NCBI GenBank assembly: GCA_964594495.1
Contig: CAZQLX010000001.1
Span: 1 to 50,559, forward strand
Length of the DNA: 50,559 nucleotides
From: Candidatus Woesearchaeota archaeon
GTDB lineage: Archaea; Nanobdellota; Nanobdellia; Pacearchaeales; GW2011-AR1
Direction: 5' to 3'
Numbering within the stretch: position 1 is the stretch's first letter; each line of letters begins with the position of its first letter. The notes beneath the pieces are model-generated. The model ran no database searches. It had not been told where the DNA came from and saw nothing but the letters and a program-made list of their open reading frames with translations. Of this stretch, positions 27,801-35,370 are shown in pieces. A program made the translations under genes and the position numbers.

Positions 27801-28610
27801 TTAAATTAATGCTTTAAGACTTTTTTGAAATTCTGCTAATCTTGCTTTTTGTGTTTGCCTCAAGACTTCAATTCTAGTATCATCGATATCTCTAACCATT
27901 TGTTCTAAATTTTCTGCGGTGGCTTCGCCACATACAAAATCACCCACCCGACCAACACTGCCGGAATCGCCCAACCTGCCGTGCCAATCGGCGTACCAGC
28001 CACAGCCCCCGCCCCCGCCACGGCACAGCCTGAGAAAGCCCGATTTTGCTCTAAAGGGAAAATTAGCTTCCAGAAATTTTTGAGCTTTTTCTCCAGAAAG
28101 AATTTCCGGGTTATTTTTAGAAGCTATAAGATTTATACCATAAGAATTTTCTCCTTTTTTCAAATCGAACGCCTTAAAAGAAGGAAAAACAATAGGAAAC
28201 TCTCGACCTTTCATTTGTACCCTTATAGATTTAGCAAACTCTTCGTTTGGCGAATCTACACTATAAAGGACAGCTCCTATGTCCCTATAAACTCCATTAG
28301 TCAATTTTTCAAATTTATCTAAAACTTTAAATTCTTTAACACCGGGCAACCACAATTGATTATTACTTTTTCTAGCCCATTCTTGATTTATTAGAATGCC
28401 AAGAAAGATATAACTCCCTTCATTCTCGCCTGTTTGTGGATTATACTTAAAGTATCCTTTAAATCCAATAGATTCTGGAAATTCTTGCGCGATTCTTGTT
28501 TGAACTGACTCGGCAATTCCTTTATTTTCTTCTGCAGTTGTAGTTCTTGCATATCTAAACTTCTTACTTTTAGAATTATACCATAATGGAACTAATTGAG
28601 CTTCTATCAT
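27801..28610 (-). CDS. DGR target (variable) protein, 269 aa, with VR at about residues 191-223
   Basis: The intact ORF contains the VR, which encodes 'GFLRLCRGGGGGCGWYADWHGRLGDSGSVGRVG'. The TR-encoded version 'FLRLYRNRNGNWNANWNNRLDDSNSNGRM' resembles the 'R(V/L)xRGGSWNNN' VR of C-type-lectin-fold DGR targets. Confidence 0.8.
   Translation of the reverse strand: MIEAQLVPLWYNSKSKKFRYARTTTAEENKGIAESVQTRIAQEFPESIGFKGYFKYNPQTGENEGSYIFLGILINQEWARKSNNQLWLPGVKEFKVLDKFEKLTNGVYRDIGAVLYSVDSPNEEFAKSIRVQMKGREFPIVFPSFKAFDLKKGENSYGINLIASKNNPEILSGEKAQKFLEANFPFRAKSGFLRLCRGGGGGCGWYADWHGRLGDSGSVGRVGDFVCGEATAENLEQMVRDIDDTRIEVLRQTQKARLAEFQKSLKALI
27944..28039 (-). repeat. DGR variable repeat (VR), about 96 nt, inside CDS 27801..28610
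   Basis: By hand alignment it differs from the TR at 21 of 28 TR adenines, at 1 of 62 other positions, and by a 6-nt insertion. It is a local GC-rich spike in an AT-rich genome. Confidence 0.85.
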
Positions 28611-28631
28611 GATTTTTCTTTATTTATTAAG

Positions 28632-28639
28632 TATTTAAA
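28632..28639 (-). promoter_or_regulatory. Candidate TATA box (TTTAAATA) for the DGR target gene
   Basis: The octamer ends 22 nt upstream of the ATG at 28610, the same sequence and spacing as upstream of aglB. Confidence 0.4.
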
Positions 28640-28676
28640 TTTTTCTCTTATGTTATTACTATGTAAAAGTAACTTA

Positions 28677-29681
28677 TTATTTTACAACATTTATTGGTTT
28701 ATTTTTAATAAATGATTGAATATTATCAATTGTTGTAGACAAAATTCTCTCTAGAGCTTCTTTACTATAGAAAGCTATATGCGGAGTAAATATAACTCGA
28801 TCATTATGAAGTAAGGAATGCGTTTGAATTACTTTTTTTAATTTTTTTCCTCTTAAATGAGGGGGATGATGAAGATGCGCTTTTTCCTCTTTTAACAACT
28901 CTTCTCCTTCGATAACATCTAATCCTGCGCCCGCAACGTGCCCGGATTTAATTGCATTTAGTAGTGCTTTCGTATCTACTATTTCGCCTCTTGATGTATT
29001 TAAAATAATTACCCCTTTTCTCATTAATTTAATCGTCTTCTTATTGATCAAATGATAAGTTGAATCGCTTAAGGGTACATGAAGAGTAATTATATCTGAT
29101 TCGCTTAGCAGTTTATTTAATGGGACATATGCAAATCTCAGTTTCTTAGTAAGAATTTTATTAGGAAACTTATCATAAGCAATTGTTTTCATTTGGAATC
29201 CGTTTGCAATTCTAATAACAGAAGAACCGATTTTACCGGTTCCGATTACTCCAATTGTTTTCTCTTTTAGATCGAATCCTTCTAATTTATCAATTGAAAA
29301 GTCATCACGAACAATGCGGACAAATGCTTTGTGTACATTTCTCGATAAATCTAGAAGAAGGGCAAAAGTATGCTCAGCTACAGTATTTTCACCATAATTA
29401 GGAACATTGCATACCTTTATTCCTCTTTTTTTGCATTCTTTTATATCGATGTGATCAAATCCCGTTGAACGAGTGACTATTAATTTTAGATTTGGAAGAT
29501 CTTTAAGTATTTTTTTGTCTATTCTAGAATATATGAAAACGGATATAATTTCTGCATCTTTTGCCAAAACAACAGATCTTTTATTGAGCGGCCATTCAAA
29601 AAATTCTACTTCATGGGCCATAAATCTTCCGATTAAATTATCTTGTTCTCTATTTTCAATCTCGAAAAATGCTATTTTCAT
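28677..29681 (-). CDS. D-isomer-specific 2-hydroxyacid dehydrogenase (D-lactate/glycerate/phosphoglycerate dehydrogenase family)
   Basis: It has the 'GVIGTGKIGSSV' NAD motif, 'NTSRGEIVD', and catalytic His in 'TPHIAF'. Confidence 0.85.
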   Translation of the reverse strand: MKIAFFEIENREQDNLIGRFMAHEVEFFEWPLNKRSVVLAKDAEIISVFIYSRIDKKILKDLPNLKLIVTRSTGFDHIDIKECKKRGIKVCNVPNYGENTVAEHTFALLLDLSRNVHKAFVRIVRDDFSIDKLEGFDLKEKTIGVIGTGKIGSSVIRIANGFQMKTIAYDKFPNKILTKKLRFAYVPLNKLLSESDIITLHVPLSDSTYHLINKKTIKLMRKGVIILNTSRGEIVDTKALLNAIKSGHVAGAGLDVIEGEELLKEEKAHLHHPPHLRGKKLKKVIQTHSLLHNDRVIFTPHIAFYSKEALERILSTTIDNIQSFIKNKPINVVK

Positions 29682-29776
29682 TTGGCCTCTTTATTGTTGA
29701 AGAAAGCAAATGCAGATATAAAAAGGTATCTTTATAAAGATCTTTGATTTCGGGATAAAAACGGAGATGATAAAAA

Positions 29777-30646
29777 ATGAGCGTGTTGATTGCTGCTTTT
29801 CCTGCTGTAAATGAAATTGGAAAAAGAGTTGCGAGAGAACTGAAAGCGGAATATACTGAAATTAAGAGCAGAAATTTTCCTGATAACGAATTTCATTTGA
29901 AATTACAAAAAAATCCGAAAAATAATACAGTTGTGATAATTAATTCTATAACTAAAGATCCAGATGAGAAACTAATTGAAACGATCCTTGCCGGGGGAGT
30001 TGCTAAGGATTACAGAGCTAAAAAAGTAATATTGGTTGCAACTTATTTACCATATTTAAGACAGGACAGACACTTTTTAAGATATGATAGTTTTTCTGCC
30101 AAGCATATATTAAAGTTGTTGAATCAATTTGACAAAATTCTTGTTGTGGATCCACATTTACATAGAATCCATAAAATGAATCAATTGTCTAGAAAAGCGG
30201 ATAATATAACCGTGAACAGTGTTGTAGCCCAATATATAAAGAAAAGGTTCAAAAATGATTTTACAATTGTTGGTCCTGATGCGGAAAGCTTTCAATGGAG
30301 TAAGAATATAGCGGAAATTCTGGGAAAGAAAGTTGTTATTTTAAAAAAGACTAGGCTTGGGGATAGAAAGATTAAACAGAAGGAGAGAGAATTTGGGAGC
30401 AAAAACATCATAATTATTGATGATATTATTTCAACTGGAAGAACGATCTTAGGGGTCGTAGAGATGGCTAAAAAACAGGGCGCAAAAAAAATTGTGTGTA
30501 TTGGAATTCATGGAGTTCTTTGCGATGGGGCAGATAAATTGATTACAAAACACGCAGAACTAATTACTACAAACTCCATTCCAGGAAAATACGGGAAAAT
30601 TGATATTAGCGAAGCGATTATAGAGAAACTGAGGAGATATAGATAA
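29777..30646 (+). CDS. prs: Ribose-phosphate pyrophosphokinase (PRPP synthase)
   Basis: It has 'YLPYLRQDR', 'VVDPHLH' and the PRPP-binding loop 'IIIIDDIISTGRT'. Confidence 0.85.
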   Translation: MSVLIAAFPAVNEIGKRVARELKAEYTEIKSRNFPDNEFHLKLQKNPKNNTVVIINSITKDPDEKLIETILAGGVAKDYRAKKVILVATYLPYLRQDRHFLRYDSFSAKHILKLLNQFDKILVVDPHLHRIHKMNQLSRKADNITVNSVVAQYIKKRFKNDFTIVGPDAESFQWSKNIAEILGKKVVILKKTRLGDRKIKQKEREFGSKNIIIIDDIISTGRTILGVVEMAKKQGAKKIVCIGIHGVLCDGADKLITKHAELITTNSIPGKYGKIDISEAIIEKLRRYR

Positions 30647-31213
30647 TTAGGTATTAATTTCTTTAAGCAATTGCTCCAATTGAGAAATTTCTGAAGTTTG
30701 TAGTATAATTATTTCTTTAGCAAATAATTCTACTTCTTTTTTTGTCTTTATTAAAAGAACTTGCTGAGACATTATTAAGGCCGTTTGATGATGAACAATC
30801 ATCCCTTCTAAAAAGGCTTTATCCGCCTCTTTTCCGGAGAGAGGAATAAGCTGTGGTATTATTGCAGAATAGGTTGAAGAATAGTTTACATTAGGATACC
30901 ATTGTTGTCTCCACTCTTCTAAAATCGAAATATCTTCAGTTTGTTTGTTAATAATACTATGGGATAAAATCATCACTTTTTCATTTCTCGTTTTATTCAC
31001 CATAATTTTAGCTCTATCTACAACTTCTTTATGATAAGAGATCATATCAGAAATAAATTGTTCTTCACTGGTTATTGTTATATGGCTGTTGGGTGTATCA
31101 GATATTATTTTTCCCGTAGCATTTTTTGAATCATTAAACATGAATATAATTAATAGAACAATTACAATAATTATTCCTACAAGTCCTAAGATTTTACTCT
31201 TGTCAATTTCCAT
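30647..31213 (-). CDS. DUF305-family protein with N-terminal membrane anchor
   Basis: It has an N-terminal TM helix and two 'M(I/S)xxH(H/K)' helix repeats ('MISYHKEVV', 'MIVHHQTAL') typical of DUF305. Confidence 0.55.
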   Translation of the reverse strand: MEIDKSKILGLVGIIIVIVLLIIFMFNDSKNATGKIISDTPNSHITITSEEQFISDMISYHKEVVDRAKIMVNKTRNEKVMILSHSIINKQTEDISILEEWRQQWYPNVNYSSTYSAIIPQLIPLSGKEADKAFLEGMIVHHQTALIMSQQVLLIKTKKEVELFAKEIIILQTSEISQLEQLLKEINT

Positions 31214-31398
31214 AAATTTAGATAATTTTAGAAGTTAAAAGCTTTTAGTTTAGTAAATATTAACCTAATTTGATAAGGAATAAATTATCTGAATACAAAC
31301 AAACATTATGTAAGCTTACATGCTGATGTAATAATTGAGTTTTTTAATACCTTGTAGATAATCAAAATACATATATATCGTGAGCATGATATTGAGTG

Positions 31399-33276
31399 TT
31401 ACGTTATTATTTCTTTTGCTATTGAAGCAATATGTTTAGATGAAATCCCATATTTATCTAGAAGTTCTTCCATATTTCCACTATGGGGAATTTCCTTAAT
31501 ACATAAATGAGAAAACTTTATGTTTGTGTTGATTAGTGCTGAGGAGAGCATTTCACCAATTCCTCCCTCCGCATAGTGATCTTCTGCTATGACTGCACGA
31601 GAACCATGAGATTTAATGAAATGAATGAGCTTTTGTGTATTAAAAGGTTTGATACAGTATAAATCTATAACTGAAACTGATATTTTTTGTTTTTTTAATT
31701 CATCATACGCTTTGAGAGATTCATGAGTTGTTATTCCTGCTCCAATTAAAACAACCTTATCTTCATTACTACTCTTTAAAATTTTAAAGTTTCCAAGAGT
31801 GAAAGATTCTTGAGGAGAGTAGATAACGGAGGTTTTTGGACGAGTTGTTCTGATATATTTTATATCTGGTAGTTGAGATGAAAGAAAAACAAGTTTTTCT
31901 GTTGAGACCGCATCAGAAGGATAGAAAATAATCGAATTGGGAAGTGAGCGAAACATTCCTATATCTTCTAAACCCATTTGTGAAGCTCCATCTTCACCTA
32001 TTGAAACACCAGAATGAGAACCACAAACAGTAAAATTGGCATTAGATATTGCTGCCATTCTTAGCTGATCGTGAGATCGCGTGAGAAAAGAAGCAAAAGA
32101 TGAAGAGAATGTATTGAAGCCTTTTATTGACAAACCGATTGCCATTCCAATCATATTTTGTTCTGCAATAAAACACTCTATAAATTGCTTAAATGTTTTC
32201 TTTTTAACTAATTCTGCAAATGTGGAGTTTGAAACCTCTGCATCAAGGGCAAGAACTGACTTATTTGTTTTTGCCAGCTTTGCTAGGGCTTTTCCATATG
32301 CCTCACGTGTTGCAATATTGTCTCCTAAAAAATAATTAGTTGGTGCAGGTATGTTTAGATTAAGAGGTAAAAGATCATACTTTTTTGATTTGATATTTAA
32401 AGGAGACTTAATTCTTATTTGAGGTATTTGTGGGGAAGGGAGTTCTTTAAGTGCTTTTTTAAGTTCATCGGGAGACAGGGATTTTCCGTGCCATCCTTGT
32501 TTGTCTTTGAGAAAAGAAACTGGAAATCCTTTAAACGTTTTAGCTAGAATTGCTGTTGGTTTGTTTGATTTTCTTGCTTTTTGTAAAGCAGAAAGAATTT
32601 GAGAAATATTGTGACCATCAATTGTAATAACATCCCACCCAAACGATGAAAGGCGAGAAGAATAAAGAGAAATGTTGTGTCCTAACATAGTTTCTCCTCT
32701 TTGTCCTAAACGATTTATGTCTATAATTGCAATTAAGCTGTTTAATTTGTAATAAGAAGCAATCTGAAAAGCTTCCCAAACAGATCCTTCCGCAATTTCT
32801 GAATCTCCAAGAAGAACATAGGTTCTGTATTTTTTATTTTGAAGTTTAGAAGCTAAAGCTATGCCTGTTGCTATAGATAGGCCTTGCCCAAGCGATCCAG
32901 AAGCTACTTTAATCCAACCTTTAAGTGACTCATGTGGCACAGGATGTCCTTCTAAGGGTGAAGAAATTTTACGATAATCAAGAATATTTTGGTTTATGCA
33001 TCCTGCACGAAAGAGAGCTGCATACAAGATTGAGGCGGCATGACCTTTGCTCAGAATAAATTCATCATTATTAGGATTGTTTGCGTCTTTTATATCGAAA
33101 ACCATCTCATGAAAGAATAAAGATGAGATAATTTCTGCGCAGGAAAGAGCAGATGTAGGATGTCCACTTTTCGCTTGAGAAGTCATGCGGAGTACATCAC
33201 TACGTAATATATTTGCTATATCTTGAATCTCTTTTTTAGTTGACATAGGTTTTAACTTAGTGTGCTTTTTTTTCAC
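31399..33276 (-). CDS. tkt: Transketolase, full-length (unsplit)
   Basis: It has 'GHPTSALS', 'SKGHA', the ThDP motif 'GDSEIAEGSVWEA', and 'GEDGASQMGLEDI' in the Pyr domain. It is 625 aa. Confidence 0.9.
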   Translation of the reverse strand: MKKKHTKLKPMSTKKEIQDIANILRSDVLRMTSQAKSGHPTSALSCAEIISSLFFHEMVFDIKDANNPNNDEFILSKGHAASILYAALFRAGCINQNILDYRKISSPLEGHPVPHESLKGWIKVASGSLGQGLSIATGIALASKLQNKKYRTYVLLGDSEIAEGSVWEAFQIASYYKLNSLIAIIDINRLGQRGETMLGHNISLYSSRLSSFGWDVITIDGHNISQILSALQKARKSNKPTAILAKTFKGFPVSFLKDKQGWHGKSLSPDELKKALKELPSPQIPQIRIKSPLNIKSKKYDLLPLNLNIPAPTNYFLGDNIATREAYGKALAKLAKTNKSVLALDAEVSNSTFAELVKKKTFKQFIECFIAEQNMIGMAIGLSIKGFNTFSSSFASFLTRSHDQLRMAAISNANFTVCGSHSGVSIGEDGASQMGLEDIGMFRSLPNSIIFYPSDAVSTEKLVFLSSQLPDIKYIRTTRPKTSVIYSPQESFTLGNFKILKSSNEDKVVLIGAGITTHESLKAYDELKKQKISVSVIDLYCIKPFNTQKLIHFIKSHGSRAVIAEDHYAEGGIGEMLSSALINTNIKFSHLCIKEIPHSGNMEELLDKYGISSKHIASIAKEIIT

Positions 33277-33652
33277 TTTCTTCTAACTGGGAAATAATTC
33301 TTTGTAATGCTTGATTATAGAGATCTATTTGAGTAACCAGATTAGCTTTTGCCTCGATTAACTTATTAATTTGAATTTCAAGTATAGAAATTGTTTCTGC
33401 GAGAGATTTTTTAACTAAGACATCAGAACCTACATTGACGTATAAATCATTATTTTCAATATTAGTTTTGACAAAAACACCTTTTCCAAGAGATGAAAGA
33501 CTTTCGCTTTTTTTTGTTTTTCCGAAAAACTTTAAATTTTCTTGAAAAACTTGCAACTCGGAAATTTGTTTATCAATAAGCTCTAAGTTTTCTTCTAATT
33601 CTTGAGATTGTCTTTCAAGCATTGATGCTTGAATTAAGAGATTTTGGTCCAT
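33257..33652 (-). CDS. pfdA: Prefoldin alpha subunit-like protein
   Basis: It has coiled-coil N- and C-termini flanking a central beta-hairpin region 'LGKGVFVKTNIENNDLYVNVGSDVLVKKS'. It is 131 aa. Confidence 0.6.
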   Translation of the reverse strand: MDQNLLIQASMLERQSQELEENLELIDKQISELQVFQENLKFFGKTKKSESLSSLGKGVFVKTNIENNDLYVNVGSDVLVKKSLAETISILEIQINKLIEAKANLVTQIDLYNQALQRIISQLEESEKKAH

Positions 33653-33681
33653 AATGTGAAATAGAGAAGAGACTTTTAAAT

Positions 33682-34215
33682 TTATGCTTTTATTTCATAA
33701 ACTGATAGCGTTTCAAAGAAAAAACTTTGTGATAAAACAATCGAATAAGAAAGATTCTGTTTCTTTAAGAGAGTGAAAATTTTATCTTTTGGTGTGAGTG
33801 AAGAAAAAAGAATGAGAACCACTCCTCTTTTTGTAAGATGTTTTTTTACTTGTTTTAAAAATCTTAGAATTATTTCATCTCCTCTTTTACCTCCTGTTGT
33901 GGCTCTTTGAGAGACCTTATCTTCATTATTGTTTTGAGGAAGATAAGGTGGATTAAACAAGATTACATCGAACTTTTGTTTTATCTGTGAAAATAAGTCT
34001 GATTTTACGACAGGAATTCCCTTGCTTTTTATATGTTTAACTGAATAATTCGATATGTCTGATGCAAGAACTGAACAAGCACCATAATCCAATGATTTTT
34101 CTGCTAAATATCCGGATCCTGATCCAACTTCAAGAACAGATTTAGATTTAACATAGCTTTTTAATGCTTTTTCTAACAAAAATGTATCTTCTCTAGGTTC
34201 GTAGATATTCTTCAT
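33682..34215 (-). CDS. HemK/Mtq2-like protein (glutamine-N5) methyltransferase
   Basis: It has 'VLEVGSGSGYL' (SAM motif I) and the catalytic 'FNPPYLP' motif. Confidence 0.7.
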   Translation of the reverse strand: MKNIYEPREDTFLLEKALKSYVKSKSVLEVGSGSGYLAEKSLDYGACSVLASDISNYSVKHIKSKGIPVVKSDLFSQIKQKFDVILFNPPYLPQNNNEDKVSQRATTGGKRGDEIILRFLKQVKKHLTKRGVVLILFSSLTPKDKIFTLLKKQNLSYSIVLSQSFFFETLSVYEIKA

Positions 34216-34924
34216 GATTAATAAATTTTGTAAGAATTAAAGAGAGATAAGGTGTAACAATAAGATACTCAATTAAAGAAAAGACTATTGGTAGATTTGA
34301 AGAATAAAATTGCAGAACAAAATATATAGCAAAGAAAATTATAGAGATAATAAAAACTTTGAGATAGTTTTTTCTTACAATCTTGAAGCTATTTTTTATA
34401 CTTTCAATAATAGAAAGATTATATTTGACAAGATAAAAAGAAGAAAATGTAAAGAAAATTATTACTCCCGCAAGACCTATAAAGAGAAATATGAAAAACA
34501 AAGAAGTTGCGGCATTTATTGAAAGTTGAGTAGATTTACCAATGAAGAAAGCTAAAACCGTAGAGATCTGGAATGTAGCTGCACTCAATATTGCTAGAAG
34601 AAGCATGATTGGAACGTTTTTAATCCAAAATTTTTCTCCGTAGTAAAATAAATTTGATATCTTTATTTTTCCAATCAATGCCTCTTTACTTAAGCCTATA
34701 AGGGAGGTAAATAAGAAAGACATTACAATAAAGCAAAGCAAAATAAAGAAGATAAGCCAAATTACTAAGGTAAAAGTATTTGTTAAATGGGGTTGAATTA
34801 AAAATGAGATCTTAGAAAAAATTAAAACAAAAAGAAAAAGCCCGATCATAGGTAAAATTATTAATGGATTTCTATAAAAAGCTTTAAATGCTGAAGTAAA
34901 AATTTCTTTTAATTTCTGAGTCAT
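34193..34924 (-). CDS. Polytopic membrane protein, hypothetical
   Basis: It has about 6 TM helices and no recognised motif. Confidence 0.5.
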   Translation of the reverse strand: MTQKLKEIFTSAFKAFYRNPLIILPMIGLFLFVLIFSKISFLIQPHLTNTFTLVIWLIFFILLCFIVMSFLFTSLIGLSKEALIGKIKISNLFYYGEKFWIKNVPIMLLLAILSAATFQISTVLAFFIGKSTQLSINAATSLFFIFLFIGLAGVIIFFTFSSFYLVKYNLSIIESIKNSFKIVRKNYLKVFIISIIFFAIYFVLQFYSSNLPIVFSLIEYLIVTPYLSLILTKFINHEEYLRT

Positions 34925-34932
34925 GAGTTAGT

Positions 34933-35370
34933 TTAACCAAAGAGGTTCCCGATCTTATCCTTCATCATAATTACTACCACAATACCAATGAGAATTACTA
35001 ACAATGCTGCACTTAAGGCGACTATTAGTCTTTTCTTTCTTTTTTTTGCTTCGAGAGTATTTTTATCTTGCACACTATGCATTAAATTATAAGGATTGTG
35101 CATATCTGGAGAAGAAGGAGAAGGCTGTATTGGGCTTCCAATCGCTGATTGTGGGGGCGGGATTGGGGCAGAAATTTTAGGAAGTAACGATAAAGCCGGA
35201 GATTTAACGGCAGGATTAGCAATGTTCATTGCGCTATTAGATAAAAAGTTAGCAGCCTCTGAAACCTCACTAGAATTATAACCTGCGTTAATAAAACTCT
35301 GAACAGCTTGCTCTAAAGACGTGCCTCTTGCCATCGCATTTTTTAAACCCGCAACAATTTCTTCTCTCAT
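34933..35370 (-). CDS. Hypothetical protein with proline-rich linker and C-terminal TM helix
   Basis: The call rests on the ORF, the 'PIPPPQSAIGSPIQPSPSSP' linker and the 'LIVALSAALLVILIGIVVVIMM' anchor. Confidence 0.5.
   Translation of the reverse strand: MREEIVAGLKNAMARGTSLEQAVQSFINAGYNSSEVSEAANFLSNSAMNIANPAVKSPALSLLPKISAPIPPPQSAIGSPIQPSPSSPDMHNPYNLMHSVQDKNTLEAKKRKKRLIVALSAALLVILIGIVVVIMMKDKIGNLFG

Larger units (their letters stand above)
26335..28610 (-). mobile_element. Diversity-generating retroelement cassette: target gene (VR), then TR, then reverse transcriptase
   Basis: All parts are co-oriented on the minus strand. TR and VR form an adenine-specific mismatch pair, and the RT carries the DGR-type 'LGNLTSQ' and 'YVDD' motifs. 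Details are in the findings. Confidence 0.85.

Noticed and set aside
27981-28322. Whether the plus-strand 113-aa ORF 'MPIGVPATAPAPATAQ...' is a real gene.
   Set aside because: It is antisense to the DGR target gene. Its Pro/Ala-rich start is only the reverse complement of the G-rich VR, and the rest has the low-complexity K/F/R/S composition typical of antisense frames in AT-rich DNA.
31308-31321. Whether the perfect palindromes ATGTAAGCTTACAT (31308-31321) and TATAATAGATCTATTATA (43751-43768) in intergenic spacers are functional sites.
   Set aside because: Short AT-rich palindromes are expected by chance in AT-rich non-coding DNA. They have no second copy or obvious association with a regulator. 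I note them only as possible operator or TATA-overlapping sites.
20420-35281. Whether the antisense ORFs 20420..20632, 21283..21471, 21899..22132, 25711..25896, 25942..26187, 25955..26149, 29473..29700, 32081..32335, 34310..34522 and 35096..35281 are real genes.
   Set aside because: All of them overlap confidently assigned genes on the other strand.
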